Assembly: GCF_003019035.1 (NCBI RefSeq)
Contig: NZ_CP027447.1
Length of the DNA stretch: 64,000 nt
Direction: 5' to 3' (one strand)
Source of the DNA: Escherichia coli
Lineage (GTDB): Bacteria > Pseudomonadota > Gammaproteobacteria > Enterobacterales > Enterobacteriaceae
Shown one piece after another: positions 1-11,122 of the stretch (its first letter is position 1; every line of letters starts with the position of its first letter). A model generated the notes under the pieces. The model was not told the DNA's origin. It saw nothing but the letters and a program-made list of their open reading frames with translations, and did not search any database. The position numbers and the translations under genes were made by a program.

Positions 1-123
1 CGTTAGACGTATTATTTTTCATTAAAAATGCTTAAGTATGCATTTCAATGCACCACGATAGTGCAACAAACCTGGCGTGCACCATGATGATCATTCCATC
101 AGGTACAGCTTCCCTGCGACGTA

Positions 124-906
124 TCAGTCACCGTAGACATTAAAGTCGAAATACTTTTTCGCCATCTTGTCGTAGGTGCCGTCCTGACGCAGCTCGTTAA
201 GCGCCTTATTGAAGGCCGCCGTCAGTTCAGCATCATCTTTACGCAGCCCTACACCGGTGCCGTCACCGAAGTATTTTTTGTCTTTCACTGATGGGCCTGC
301 AAAGGCGAAATCTTTACCGGCGGGTTGCTTAAGGAAACCTTCGCTGGCAGCAACTTCATCTTGTAACGCAGCATCCAGACGTCCTGCAGCCAGATCGGAA
401 TAGACTAAATCCTGGTTGGCATAGGCCACCACATCCACGCCTTTGCTACGCCAGGTCTCGTTAGCGTATGCTTCCTGGGTTGATCCCTGCAGCACACCAA
501 CATGTTTACCTTTCAGTGAATCCAGCGTTGGCTGAATCGGTGAACCTTTGGCGGCAATCAAACGAGAATCTGCGGCGTACAGCTTGTCGGAGAAAGCAAT
601 CTCCTGCTGACGTTTATCGGTAATGGAGAGCGACGAAATAATGGCGTCGATTTTTTTCGCTTTCAGTGAGGGGATCAGCGCGTCAAAGTCGCTGGCAACC
701 CAGGTACATTTCACCTGCATCCGTTTGCACATCTCGTTACCGAGATCGATATCAAAGCCAACAAAATCACCTTTAGCATCTTTCGACGAGAACGGCGCAT
801 AGGTGGTATCGGTTCCGATACGTACCGTCTCCGGTAGCGCCGCATAGCTGGAAGCCGCTGCGGAGAGACCGACTAACAAAGACAGAGCGAGAATCGACTT
901 CTTCAT
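124..906 (-). CDS. argT: Lysine/arginine/ornithine-binding periplasmic protein
   Basis: 260-aa ORF with signal peptide [22 protein letters not shown]. It matches remembered E. coli ArgT closely (not HisJ). Synteny next to ubiX. Confidence 0.9.
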   Translation of the reverse strand: MKKSILALSLLVGLSAAASSYAALPETVRIGTDTTYAPFSSKDAKGDFVGFDIDLGNEMCKRMQVKCTWVASDFDALIPSLKAKKIDAIISSLSITDKRQQEIAFSDKLYAADSRLIAAKGSPIQPTLDSLKGKHVGVLQGSTQEAYANETWRSKGVDVVAYANQDLVYSDLAAGRLDAALQDEVAASEGFLKQPAGKDFAFAGPSVKDKKYFGDGTGVGLRKDDAELTAAFNKALNELRQDGTYDKMAKKYFDFNVYGD

Positions 907-1171
907 ACATAACCCTCAAGTGAAAATGGCTTTTTTATGTTGTGTATTGTGTTGTGTGTTTGCAGGCTCTTTCATGCAGGTCTTATGCCATCTTGACGAC
1001 AGCAGTAACATTCAACGTTAAATATGTTAATAAGACGTTGCATTATTGTCCTGAAGTTGAAGATAGCAGGTATAGCGGTTGAATCGCAGCGTTTCGATTG
1101 AATGGCAGAAACAAAATGTCGAGGATTTGATCGCGGTTGCAAAATTGCCCTGAAACAGGGCAACAGCGGAG

Positions 1172-1741
1172 TTATGCGCCCTGCCAGCGGGCAAAGAGAT
1201 CTTCAGGAAGGGTTATTGCAAACTGGTCAAGAACACGATTAACCGTCTGATTTATCACATCATCAAGGGATTGCGGGCGATGATAAAACGCCGGAACGGG
1301 AGGCATAATCACCGCACCGATTTCTGCTGCCTGAGTCATTAAACGCAGATGGCCTAAGTGCAGTGGCGTTTCACGCACGCAGAGCACCAACGGGCGACGC
1401 TCTTTCAGCACAACATCTGCCGCACGGGTCAGTAAGCCATCAGTATAGCTATGGACAATGCCGGACAGGGTTTTGATTGAACAGGGTAAAATCACCATCC
1501 CCAGTGTCTGGAAAGAACCGGAAGAAATGCTGGCAGCAATATCGCGCGCATCGTGCGTCACATCGGCTAATGCCTGCACTTCGCGCAGGGAAAAATCCGT
1601 TTCGAGGGATAAGGTCTGGCGCGCTGCCTGGCTCATCACCAGATGCGTTTCGATATCTGTGACATCGCGCAGAACCTGTAATAAGCGCACGCCATAAATC
1701 GCACCGCTGGCACCGCTGATGCCTACAATGAGTCGTTTCAT
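1172..1741 (-). CDS. ubiX: Flavin prenyltransferase UbiX
   Basis: 189-aa ORF beginning MKRLIVGISGASGAIYG, a flavoprotein fold. Synteny argT-ubiX-purF. Confidence 0.9.
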   Translation of the reverse strand: MKRLIVGISGASGAIYGVRLLQVLRDVTDIETHLVMSQAARQTLSLETDFSLREVQALADVTHDARDIAASISSGSFQTLGMVILPCSIKTLSGIVHSYTDGLLTRAADVVLKERRPLVLCVRETPLHLGHLRLMTQAAEIGAVIMPPVPAFYHRPQSLDDVINQTVNRVLDQFAITLPEDLFARWQGA

Positions 1742-1835
1742 AAATAGTTGCCCTGTCAGACTTGCAGGCAGACTTTGCAGGATTTCGGCGGGAGTTGCAA
1801 GTCAGGGTGCCAGAACGGCACCCTGAGCGAAGGCA

Positions 1836-3353
1836 TCATCCTTCGTTATGCATTTCGAGATTTTCCACTTCGTTCTGACGTTGCACTGCTTTGGCGTCGT
1901 CATTACGTAACGTATCGAGGAAATCGAGGTAGCCCTGATCAACATCTTTGGTGACGTAGACGCCGTTGAATACCGAGCATTCAAACTGCTGGATATCCGG
2001 GTTTTCAGCGCGAACGGCTTCGATCAGATCGTTCAGATCCTGGAAAATCAACCCGTCAGCACCGATGATCTGGCGAATTTCATCTACTTCGCGACCGTGA
2101 GCGATCAGTTCCGTGGCGCTCGGCATATCAATACCATAAACGTTCGGGAAGCGAATTTCCGGTGCCGCAGAAGCGAGGTACACTTTCTTCGCTCCGGCTT
2201 CGCGTGCCATCTCGATAATCTGCTCAGAAGTGGTGCCACGGACGATGGAGTCGTCGACCAGCAGGACGTTTTTATCGCGGAACTCGGCGCGGTTGGCGTT
2301 CAGTTTACGGCGCACGGACTTACGACGCAGCTGCTGACCCGGCATGATGAAGGTGCGGCCAACATAGCGGTTTTTAACGAAGCCCTGGCGGTACGGTTTG
2401 CCCAGAATACGCGCAATTTCCAGCGCGATATCACACGAGGTTTCCGGGATCGGGATCACCACGTCGATATCCAGATCTTCCCATTCGCGGGCAATTTTCT
2501 CGCCCAGTTTGGTGCCCATATTCACGCGCGCGCTGTAAACGGAAATTTTGTCGATGAACGAGTCCGGGCGAGCAAAGTATACATACTCAAACAGGCACGG
2601 ATTGCTGACCGGATTGTCAGCACATTGACGGGTAAACAACTGCCCTTCTTCAGTGATGTAAATCGCTTCGCCAGGCGCGACGTCACGCAGGAAATCAAAG
2701 CCCAGCGTATCGAGCGCAACGCTTTCGGAAGCGACCATATATTCTGTGCGGTTCTCGTCAATATCACGTTTTCCCAGTACCAGCGGACGAATCCCGTTAG
2801 GATCGCGGAAAGCAACCATACCGTGGCCGATAATCATCGCCACGCAGGCATACGCGCCGCGGATTAAGCGGTTTGTGGCAGCAATGGCAGCGAAAATATT
2901 GTCGGCTTCCAGCGGGTAGTGGCGGAAGTTGTCCAGCTCGCTGGCGAAGATATTAAGCAGAATCTCCGAGTCGGAAGTGGTGTTGATGTGGCGGCGTTTT
3001 TCTTCAAACAGTTTTTTACGCAACTCGTGAGCGTTGGTCAGATTGCCGTTGTGGGCAAGCGTAATGCCATACGGAGAGTTAACGTAAAACGGCTGCGCTT
3101 CAGAGGCGCTGGAGCTACCAGCCGTAGGGTAACGCACATGACCAATGCCCATATTGCCCTGCAAACGCTGCATATGGCGAGCTTCAAATACATCGCTCAC
3201 CAGCCCGTTCGCTTTACGCAAACGGAAGCAGTTATTGGCATCAATGGTGATGATGCCGGCGGCATCCTGACCGCGATGCTGAAGCACCGTTAAGGCATCA
3301 TAAATCGACTGGTTAACCGGCATAACACCGGCGATACCGACAATACCGCACAT
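1836..3353 (-). CDS. purF: Amidophosphoribosyltransferase
   Basis: 505-aa ORF starting MCGIVGIAG (N-terminal Cys nucleophile). Carries the PRPP-binding motif [13 protein letters not shown]. Confidence 0.95.
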   Translation of the reverse strand: MCGIVGIAGVMPVNQSIYDALTVLQHRGQDAAGIITIDANNCFRLRKANGLVSDVFEARHMQRLQGNMGIGHVRYPTAGSSSASEAQPFYVNSPYGITLAHNGNLTNAHELRKKLFEEKRRHINTTSDSEILLNIFASELDNFRHYPLEADNIFAAIAATNRLIRGAYACVAMIIGHGMVAFRDPNGIRPLVLGKRDIDENRTEYMVASESVALDTLGFDFLRDVAPGEAIYITEEGQLFTRQCADNPVSNPCLFEYVYFARPDSFIDKISVYSARVNMGTKLGEKIAREWEDLDIDVVIPIPETSCDIALEIARILGKPYRQGFVKNRYVGRTFIMPGQQLRRKSVRRKLNANRAEFRDKNVLLVDDSIVRGTTSEQIIEMAREAGAKKVYLASAAPEIRFPNVYGIDMPSATELIAHGREVDEIRQIIGADGLIFQDLNDLIEAVRAENPDIQQFECSVFNGVYVTKDVDQGYLDFLDTLRNDDAKAVQRQNEVENLEMHNEG

Positions 3354-3389
3354 ACGTCTTTTTCCTCGTTAAGCCACATCTCAGAGCAC

Positions 3390-3878
3390 TTACGCTCTGG
3401 GCAAGAAACTTGACGAGCTTTGCAGATAATCAAAAAACCATCTGATGATAAAACTGAACTGCGGGATCAGCTGTGATTTGCTCCAGTCTTCGCTTTTCGA
3501 CACCCCGGTAAAGGAGTCGAGAAAGAAGAGAATGGCAGCAACAATCAACACACCGCGCAACGCACCGAAACAGACGCCCAACACCCGATCGGTGCCTGAC
3601 AACCCCGTTTTCTCCACCAGCTGGCCTATCACGAAGTTCACGATAGCACCAACAATCAGGGTAGCGATAAACAGTACCGCGATGGCAATCCCATTTCGAA
3701 CCAGTTCGTCTTCAAAGCCCGTAAACCAGACTGACAGGTAAGTGTAGTAATGACTGGCAACAAAGAAAGCACAACCCCATGTCACCAGCGATAACGCTTC
3801 ACGAACAAAGCCGCGGATCAGGCTAACCAGAGAGGAAAAAGCAATCACCGCGATTATGGCGTAATCAATCCAGACCAT
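3390..3878 (-). CDS. cvpA: Colicin V production membrane protein CvpA
   Basis: 162-aa polytopic membrane ORF directly upstream of purF, as in the E. coli cvpA-purF operon. Confidence 0.9.
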   Translation of the reverse strand: MVWIDYAIIAVIAFSSLVSLIRGFVREALSLVTWGCAFFVASHYYTYLSVWFTGFEDELVRNGIAIAVLFIATLIVGAIVNFVIGQLVEKTGLSGTDRVLGVCFGALRGVLIVAAILFFLDSFTGVSKSEDWSKSQLIPQFSFIIRWFFDYLQSSSSFLPRA

Positions 3879-4041
3879 ATGTGTCCCACGATTTTACGCC
3901 CTGTCATCCTGTTCGGGGCGCATTCTAACAGAAAAAGAAAACGTTTGCGTAGGGATTTCCTTCCCACGCATCAATAAAAATGGCGCTGAAAAAATATTCA
4001 ACGCCATCGACTTTTTATGCCTTTGCGGCATCGTGCAATGC

Positions 4042-4106
4042 GTGTCGGATGCGGCGTGAACGCCTTATCTGTACCAGATAAGACGCGTTAGTATCGCATC
4101 AGGCAA
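4042..4106. repeat. REP/BIME element (two inverted REP units)
   Basis: gtcggatgcggcgtgaacgccttatc is followed by gataagacgcgttagtatcgcatcaggc. These are typical enterobacterial REP sequences in an intergenic position. Confidence 0.7.
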
Positions 4107-4113
4107 GACCGTA

Positions 4114-4776
4114 TTAATTCGGTGTATAACCCATTACCACGCCGCTTAAGCCAGAAAGTTGCTTCAACTCACCCAGCGAACCTTTCAGCTTATCTTTCGA
4201 GGCATCCGGCCCAACCAGAATACGGGTAATTTTACCCTGCACTGGCGTGGATGGCGACGTATAAACCCGATAACCGGCACCGCGCAGCTTACCGACAATC
4301 TCATTCACTTTATCGGCATTTTTCAGCGCCCCCAGTTGTACAACATAGGCTTTACCCGTTGGCGCTGCTTTTTCTTCCACGACCGGCTTCGGTTCTGGCT
4401 TCGGCGCAGGTGGTGCTTCAACCTTCGGTTTCGGCGGCTCCACCGGTTTCGGCTTCGGTGGGGCGACCGGTGCAGGTTCCGGTTCAAACTCGGTGTTATT
4501 GGCTGCAATAGTGGCCGGATCGAGCGACGGTGCTGCGGCATCACCTGCCCGCACCTCTTCCGCTGCGCCTTCCGGCGGCTGCGTCGGCAACGCCTGGGTG
4601 GCGGCTGGCATCATATCAGGCTCATCGCGATCGCCCGCTTTCGGCACCAGCGGGATAGCCGCGAACTCATCCTGATAATGTTTTTTCTGCCCGTCCAGCA
4701 GCCCTGGAAGTACTATCACCCCCAGCGCCACCAGCACGATCGTGCCCACTAACCGATTCTGAAACTTACTTGCCAC
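4114..4776 (-). CDS. dedD: Cell division protein DedD (SPOR domain)
   Basis: The ORF has a Pro/Lys-rich linker and a C-terminal SPOR-like domain. The start is placed at the GTG giving (M)ASKFQNRLVG (220 aa), as remembered for E. coli DedD. Confidence 0.85.
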   Translation of the reverse strand: MASKFQNRLVGTIVLVALGVIVLPGLLDGQKKHYQDEFAAIPLVPKAGDRDEPDMMPAATQALPTQPPEGAAEEVRAGDAAAPSLDPATIAANNTEFEPEPAPVAPPKPKPVEPPKPKVEAPPAPKPEPKPVVEEKAAPTGKAYVVQLGALKNADKVNEIVGKLRGAGYRVYTSPSTPVQGKITRILVGPDASKDKLKGSLGELKQLSGLSGVVMGYTPN

Positions 4777-6034
4777 CGCTTCTCCTCGCGTCAATCACTT
4801 CCATGACATGTGCGACCGTGTGGAACGAACCACACACCAGCACGGTATCTTCCGCTTTAGCGTCCGCCATTGCGGCATCCCATGCCTGCGCCACGCTATC
4901 AAATGATTTGCCGTTACCCAAATGCTCAAGCAGTTGTTCTGCCGTGGCACCGCGCGGCCCTTCCAGTGGCGCACAATACCAGTCATCAACCACGCTTTTC
5001 AACCAGGCCAGAGTTCCGGCAATATCTTTATCATGTAGCATACCGATAACCGCCAGCACGCGCCCGTTTTTCGGTAGCGCTTTCATACGCCCGGTGAGAT
5101 ATTCCGCCGCATGTGGATTATGCGCGACATCAAAAATAACGCGTGGCGACTCGCTCACAATCTGGAAACGTCCCGGCAAAATTGCGCTGGCAATCCCGTC
5201 GCGAACGGCATTTTCACTGACCTCCAGCCCGCTGGCACGCAGTGCCGCCAGCGCCGTTGCGGCATTCGGTTGCGGGACAAGCGGCAACGGCAGATTTTCC
5301 AGCGTGCCGTGAGCATCGCTAAACGTCCAGTCATGATCGGTGACGGAATAGTTCCACTCAACGCCCCGACGTTGTAACAGTGCACCTTTTTCCTGCGCCA
5401 CATCAGCAATGGTAGAAGGCATTTCCGGCTCACCGACAATTGCCGGTTTTTCGCTGCGGAAGATGCCTGCTTTCTCGCGACCAATACTTTCGCGATCTGG
5501 CCCCAGCCAGTCGGTATGATCCAGCGCAATGCTGGTTACTACCGCGACATCGGCATCGACAATATTGGTTGCGTCCAGACGACCGCCCAGCCCTACTTCC
5601 AGAATCACCACGTCAAGTTGTGCCTGTTTGAACAGCCACAACGCCGACAGCGTACCGTACTCGAAATAGGTCAGGGAAATATCACCGCGTGCCGATTCAA
5701 TCTCCGCAAAAGAGGCGGTGTGGGCCGATTCCGGCAATTCCTGGCCCTGCACACGAACGCGCTCGGTATAACGCACCAGATGCGGTGAACTGTAGACGCC
5801 CACTTTGTACCCTGCCGCCATCAGAATCGACTCCAGCGTACGGCAGGTGGTGCCTTTGCCATTCGTACCCGCAACGGTAAACACAAATGGCGCTGGTTTC
5901 AGAATGCCAAGACGCGCCGCGACCTGGCTCACGCGCTCAAGGCCGAGATCGATAGTTTTACTGTGCAGGTTTTCCAGATAAGAAAGCCACGAAGCCAGAG
6001 GCGACGCGGCTTGAGGAGTGCGTTTGATAATCAT
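4766..6034 (-). CDS. folC: Dihydrofolate synthase / folylpolyglutamate synthase
   Basis: 422-aa ORF with the Mur-ligase P-loop AGTNGKGTT. Synteny accD-folC-dedD. Confidence 0.95.
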   Translation of the reverse strand: MIIKRTPQAASPLASWLSYLENLHSKTIDLGLERVSQVAARLGILKPAPFVFTVAGTNGKGTTCRTLESILMAAGYKVGVYSSPHLVRYTERVRVQGQELPESAHTASFAEIESARGDISLTYFEYGTLSALWLFKQAQLDVVILEVGLGGRLDATNIVDADVAVVTSIALDHTDWLGPDRESIGREKAGIFRSEKPAIVGEPEMPSTIADVAQEKGALLQRRGVEWNYSVTDHDWTFSDAHGTLENLPLPLVPQPNAATALAALRASGLEVSENAVRDGIASAILPGRFQIVSESPRVIFDVAHNPHAAEYLTGRMKALPKNGRVLAVIGMLHDKDIAGTLAWLKSVVDDWYCAPLEGPRGATAEQLLEHLGNGKSFDSVAQAWDAAMADAKAEDTVLVCGSFHTVAHVMEVIDARRSGGK

Positions 6035-6103
6035 GGTATCCGCTGATTCGTTACGGTGAGAATAGCAAAAGGGCAGAGCCAGTGGCCCTGCCCTTATCAG
6101 TTA

Positions 6104-7018
6104 TCAGGCCTCAGGTTCCTGATCTGGTACCGGTGGCACCACTACGCCTTCACGCGGCGCTTCAGGATTCGGCGCTGGCAGATTCATCAACTTCGCCAGA
6201 ATGCTCGCCAGTTTCAGGCGCATTTCCGGACGACGGACGATCATGTCGATCGCGCCTTTCTCGATCAGGAATTCACTGCGCTGGAATCCTGGCGGCAGTT
6301 TTTCGCGAACGGTCTGTTCGATAACACGCGGACCGGCAAAGCCGATTAACGCTTTCGGTTCAGCGATGTTGAGATCGCCCAGCATGGCGAAACTTGCAGA
6401 AACACCACCCATGGTCGGGTCGGTCAGCACGGAGATGTACGGCAAGCCGCGCTCCTGCATTTTTGCCAGCGCCGCAGAGGTTTTCGCCATCTGCATCAGC
6501 GACATCAGTGCTTCCTGCATACGTGCGCCACCAGAGGCGGAGAAGCAGATCAGTGGGCAGTTATCTTCCAGCGCCTGCTCAACGGCACGCACGAAACGTG
6601 CACCCACAACAGACCCCATTGAACCGCCCATAAAGGCGAACTCGAATGCCGCAGCGACAACCGGCATTCCATACAGAGTGCCTTTCATCACCACCAGCGC
6701 ATCTTTTTCGCCGGTTTCTTTCTGCGCAGATGCCAGACGGTCTTTATACTTCTTGGAGTCACGAAACTTCAGCACATCTTTCGGCTCAAGCTCGCTACCC
6801 AGCTCCACAAGGCTTCCTTCATCTAACAGGCTATGCAGGCGATTACGCGCTGTCATACGCATGTGATGGTCACACTTCGGACAGACCTCAAGATTACGTT
6901 CCAGCTCAGCGCGGTATAAAACCTGACCGCAGCTATCACACTTAGTCCACACCCCTTCAGGAATGCTCGCCTTGCGGGTGGGAGTAATGTTGCTTTTAAT
7001 TCGTTCAATCCAGCTCAT
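6104..7018 (-). CDS. accD: Acetyl-CoA carboxylase carboxyltransferase beta subunit
   Basis: Starts [10 protein letters not shown] and has the Zn-ribbon CDSCGQVLY...CPKCDHH. It is 304 aa from the internal Met of the 332-aa track ORF. Confidence 0.93.
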
Positions 7019-7173
7019 TAGGGACCTTTCTGTCTGAACCTGGTTCGATGCCAGTTTTATCTTTGGGGACGCATAATGCCATTTTTGCCCCCAACAGACC
7101 ATGAATGTTGCACATTAAAACATAACAGCCCGAAACTTTGGATAAAAAAGTGGTCGAACCGCGGAGTTACTTT

Positions 7174-7833
7174 TTATTTTGCGGCGCGTGCCGCAGCGCG
7201 TTTGTGGCGAATAAATTCGAAAACACCTGGCAATATTGAAACAAAAATAATGCCAACAATCATCAGTTTAAGGTTGCTCTGAATGAAGGGGAGCGTTCCG
7301 AAGAAATAACCCGCGTAGGTAAAAATCAGTACCCATAGCAACGCGCCGATGACGTTAAAAGCGGCGAAATGACGGTACGACATGTGGCCCATTCCCGCAA
7401 CAAACGGCGCGAACGTTCTGACGATCGGCACAAAACGGGCGAGAATAATCGTTTTGCCGCCATGTTTCTCATAAAACTGATGGGTTTTGTCGAGATAACT
7501 GCGACGAAAGATTTTCGAATCCGGATTACTGAACAGTTTGTCACCAAATAACCGTCCAATGGTGTAGTTCACCGCGTCACCCACAATCGCGGCGATCAGC
7601 ATCAGCACCACCATCATATGGACGTTGAGATCGTTGGTTTCCAGTGATGCCAACGCACCGGCAACAAACAGCAATGAATCACCCGGTAAAAACGGCGTTA
7701 CCACCAGACCGGTTTCACAGAACAAAATTAAGAACAAAATGGCATAAACCCAGACGCCATACTCCGCGACCAGTTCTGCCAGATGCACGTCAATGTGCAG
7801 GATAAAATCGATGAGGAAATAAATCAGGTCCAT
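7174..7833 (-). CDS. dedA: DedA-family inner membrane protein
   Basis: 219-aa membrane ORF in conserved synteny. Confidence 0.88.
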   Translation of the reverse strand: MDLIYFLIDFILHIDVHLAELVAEYGVWVYAILFLILFCETGLVVTPFLPGDSLLFVAGALASLETNDLNVHMMVVLMLIAAIVGDAVNYTIGRLFGDKLFSNPDSKIFRRSYLDKTHQFYEKHGGKTIILARFVPIVRTFAPFVAGMGHMSYRHFAAFNVIGALLWVLIFTYAGYFFGTLPFIQSNLKLMIVGIIFVSILPGVFEFIRHKRAAARAAK

Positions 7834-7915
7834 ATTTGCCTATGCCTTGTACTCGTCATCTATCAGGCTGTAACTACGTTGGCTACAGCCTGAAATGTTC
7901 CGAGCATTATTCTCG

Positions 7916-8728
7916 TTAGTCCGCCAGAAATAGCGGGCCCATTGGCGGTTTTGGAAGATCATACCGGTCAGGGTAATCCACCGCGACCAGATACAGCCCT
8001 TCCGCTTTTGCCGTTGCTGCCGCCAGCGTTCTGTCCTTTGCCGCTAGCAACTCTGCTATCCAGCTCTCCGGCTGGTTGTGGGCACCGACTTCCATCAGGC
8101 TGCCGACAATATTCCTGACCATATGATGTACAAAGGCATTCGCTTTGATATCTACCACCACATAAGGACCGTGACGCGTGACATTAATATGCATAACGTT
8201 GCGCCACGGGGTCCGGGACTGACACTGCACCGCACGGAACGAGGTGAAATCATTCTCGCCCAGCAAGCATTGCGCAGCCCGATGCATCCGTTCAGCGTCC
8301 AGCGGTTCGTAAAAATGGGTTACCCCTTTACTCAGTACCGCCGGGCGCAGCCGATGATTGTAGATGATGTAGCGATAACGGCGAGCCGTGGCGCTAAATC
8401 GGGCATGAAAATCATCAGGTACAGCTTTAACCCAACGCACGGCGATGTCACCAGGTAAATTCGCATTTACGCCCAACGTCCACGCAGCGTCTTTGCGCTG
8501 CGCGGTCGTTTCGAAATGCACAACCTGCCCGGTGCCGTGTACACCTGCGTCAGTACGCCCGGCGCAGAAGACGGTGATGGGTTCGTTCGCCACCTGGGAG
8601 AGCGCCTTTTCCAGCTTCTCCTGCACACTGCGTACTTCATTCTGCCGTTGCCAGCCGTAATACTTACTGCCGTCGTACTCAATGCCCAGCGCAATTTTAT
8701 AAACTGGCGGTTGTTGCTGGTCGGACAT
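7916..8728 (-). CDS. truA: tRNA pseudouridine(38-40) synthase
   Basis: 270-aa ORF containing the catalytic-Asp motif GRTDAGVHG. Confidence 0.93.
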   Translation of the reverse strand: MSDQQQPPVYKIALGIEYDGSKYYGWQRQNEVRSVQEKLEKALSQVANEPITVFCAGRTDAGVHGTGQVVHFETTAQRKDAAWTLGVNANLPGDIAVRWVKAVPDDFHARFSATARRYRYIIYNHRLRPAVLSKGVTHFYEPLDAERMHRAAQCLLGENDFTSFRAVQCQSRTPWRNVMHINVTRHGPYVVVDIKANAFVHHMVRNIVGSLMEVGAHNQPESWIAELLAAKDRTLAAATAKAEGLYLVAVDYPDRYDLPKPPMGPLFLAD

Positions 8729-9741
8729 TAGTACAGATACTCCTGCACCAGTTTCTCGGCGATTTTTACTGCCATCAGCGCGCCGCCAAAGCGAACGTTA
8801 TCGGCCACCGACCAGAACTGAACTTGCTCCGGCATACCGTAGTCATTACGTACGCAGCCAACGGAAAGATGCGGCGTACCAGAAGCATCCCCCACCTGAG
8901 TCGGGAATTCGTTCTCTTCAGAGAGCACAATATCTTCGCCCTGAGCAAACGCATCACGCGCTTCTTCTGCTGCCAGCGGACGCAGTGCTTCAAAGTTGAC
9001 CATCTGGGCATGACCGTAGAATACCGGTGCCTGGACGACGCTTGCCGAAATCATCAGCCCTTCGTCCTGCAGGATTTTGCGTACTTCGTCAACGATACGA
9101 CGTTCTTCACGCACGCTACCTTCGCTATCCGGCAGTAACGGCAGCATGTTGAACGCCAGCTGACGCCCGAAGAAATCTTCTTCATCAATCGGAATGCCGT
9201 TGAGCAATTTCGCACTCTGCCCCGCTAACGCATCGACCGCTTTTTTACCCTGGGCGGAGGCTGAAATCAGGCTGGTAACGCTGATACGTGATAAACCGCC
9301 CTGATCAATTAGCGGTTTCAGTGCCGCCAGCAGTTGGCTGGTCAGACTGTCCGGTACGGCGATGACATTCCGGTTGCGGTAATCGGTCAGTACAAACGGG
9401 TTTACTTCCGGCACCACCAGCGGTACGTCAGGTTCGAGAGCAAACAATCCGCTGCTATCGATCACCAGGCAACCTGAGTTGGTCGCTTCTTCAACCCAGG
9501 CAGCGGTAGCTTCTTTGCCTGCGACAAAAAATGCCAGCTGCGCCTGCGTCCAGTCGAATTCAGCGGCATCCTGCACGGTGATTGTCTTACCACCAAAGCG
9601 CAGTTGTTCGCCTGCGCTTTCGTTACGTGCCAGTGCATAAATTTCCCCAACCGGGAACTGACGTTCAGCCAGCGTTTCAAGCAGGGCTTCGCCCACAGCG
9701 CCAGTTGCGCCCAGGACGGCAATGTTCCAGCCTTCAGACAT
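8728..9741 (-). CDS. usg: Aspartate-semialdehyde dehydrogenase paralogue Usg
   Basis: 337-aa ORF with an N-terminal GATGAVG Rossmann motif. Its stop overlaps the truA start. Confidence 0.88.
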   Translation of the reverse strand: MSEGWNIAVLGATGAVGEALLETLAERQFPVGEIYALARNESAGEQLRFGGKTITVQDAAEFDWTQAQLAFFVAGKEATAAWVEEATNSGCLVIDSSGLFALEPDVPLVVPEVNPFVLTDYRNRNVIAVPDSLTSQLLAALKPLIDQGGLSRISVTSLISASAQGKKAVDALAGQSAKLLNGIPIDEEDFFGRQLAFNMLPLLPDSEGSVREERRIVDEVRKILQDEGLMISASVVQAPVFYGHAQMVNFEALRPLAAEEARDAFAQGEDIVLSEENEFPTQVGDASGTPHLSVGCVRNDYGMPEQVQFWSVADNVRFGGALMAVKIAEKLVQEYLY

Positions 9742-9806
9742 GGTGGTTTACTCCAGAAATAGCAAAGCTCCCTGCCAATATTACAGCAGAGAGCATGAAG
9801 AAGAGA

Positions 9807-10964
9807 TTAACGTGCCGGATGATGGACGGCGTTAAAACCCAGTTTACACAGCAATGATGCCGCACTGGCGTCATCACAAATTACATACAGAGATGACCAT
9901 TCACGGCGCTCAAGATAGTTTTTGCGCAGCTTATCGAACTCACCCGGTATTCCGGCGACTTTACGCAGCGGCGCGTCATCGCGGCGCACATCATACACCA
10001 AATGCACCAGCCTTTTCAGCGTCGGTTGATCGAGCGGGCCATGCAGCGTAATGCGACCAAACTCTGGCGCGGGCAGCAACGTATCCAGCGCAACGTGTTG
10101 TTCATGCCCAATAAACTTGCTATAAGCTTCAAACACTTGCGTAGTACCGCGTGCTTTACCTTCCAGGGTATAGCCTGCGATATGCGGCGTGCCGATATCC
10201 ACTTTTTTCAGCAATTCCACGTTAAGTTCCGGTTCGCCTTCCCAGACATCCAGCACTACGCTTAACTTCTGGCCTTCGTTCAGGCAGGTCAGCAGGGCGG
10301 TATTATCGACGACTGCGCCACGGCAGGCGTTAATCAGAATCGCTCCTGGTTTCAGGCTGCGGATCAGTTTTTCATCCGCCAGATGCAGCGTTTTGTACGG
10401 ACCATCTTTAAAGAGTGGCGTATGGAAAGTCAGAATATCCGCATGCTGAACTAATTCATCCAGCGAGCGGAAATCCCCCTCATCCCCACGGTCGGCGCGG
10501 GGCGGATCGCAAAGTAAGGTTTTGATCCCTAAAGCTTCCAGTCGCGCCTGTAAACGACGACCAACGTTACCAACGCCAACGATCCCCACGGTACGCTCGT
10601 GCAGTGAAAATCCATCGCGTTCGGCAAGCATCAGCAGGGAGGAGAAAACATATTCCACCACCGCAATCGCATTACAGCCAGGTGCCGCGGAAAAACCAAT
10701 TCCCGCCTGCTTTAACCACGCTTCATCGACATGGTCGGTCCCCGCGGTGGCAGTGCCAACAAATTTAATGGGTTTTCCTGCCAGCAAAGATTCATTCACT
10801 TTCGTGACCGAACGCACCATCAGCGCATCCGCGTCTGCCAGTTGAGCGACGGGGATTGGACGCCCGGGAACCGCGGTCACCTCACCCAAACGGCTAAATA
10901 AGTCGCGGGCATAAGGCATATTTTCATCAACAAGGATTTTTAACCCTTTTTCAGTCTCTGACAA
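9807..10964 (-). CDS. pdxB: Erythronate-4-phosphate dehydrogenase with a prophage-encoded N-terminal extension
   Basis: The body matches remembered PdxB ([15 protein letters not shown]...). The codon before KILVDEN is TTA. The only in-frame start is TTG at 10962-10964, 7 nt after an AGGAG on the minus strand (10972-10976). Codons 1-7 (SETEKGL) lie in phage DNA. Confidence 0.85.
   Translation of the reverse strand: MSETEKGLKILVDENMPYARDLFSRLGEVTAVPGRPIPVAQLADADALMVRSVTKVNESLLAGKPIKFVGTATAGTDHVDEAWLKQAGIGFSAAPGCNAIAVVEYVFSSLLMLAERDGFSLHERTVGIVGVGNVGRRLQARLEALGIKTLLCDPPRADRGDEGDFRSLDELVQHADILTFHTPLFKDGPYKTLHLADEKLIRSLKPGAILINACRGAVVDNTALLTCLNEGQKLSVVLDVWEGEPELNVELLKKVDIGTPHIAGYTLEGKARGTTQVFEAYSKFIGHEQHVALDTLLPAPEFGRITLHGPLDQPTLKRLVHLVYDVRRDDAPLRKVAGIPGEFDKLRKNYLERREWSSLYVICDDASAASLLCKLGFNAVHHPAR
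10921..10940. repeat. attL core (20 bp)
   Basis: TTTTCATCAACAAGGATTTT is identical to 46884-46903. On the minus strand it encodes pdxB K-I-L-V-D-E-(N). Confidence 0.85.
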
Positions 10965-11061
10965 TCTAAGGCTCCTTTATTAACAAACGCCCATTTGCAA
11001 ACTGCTGTTTAATCTGAAAAAACATTCATAATCATACAGATAACAACATAACCATTTAGAC

Positions 11062-11096
11062 GGGCAATACTGAAAAATTGTTATTCAGTATCGCCC
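11062..11096. other. 13-bp-stem inverted repeat in the attL P' arm, between int and pdxB
   Basis: gggcaatactgaa...ttcagtatcgccc. The single A/C mismatch becomes a G-U pair only in the minus-strand (int to pdxB) transcript. Confidence 0.4.
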
Positions 11097-11122
11097 TTTA
11101 AGCCGTTTCAGGCTATATAAAA

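Noticed and set aside
972-1163. 63-aa ORF between argT and ubiX.
   Set aside because: It has no RBS, odd composition, and lies in the argT promoter region. It is probably noncoding.
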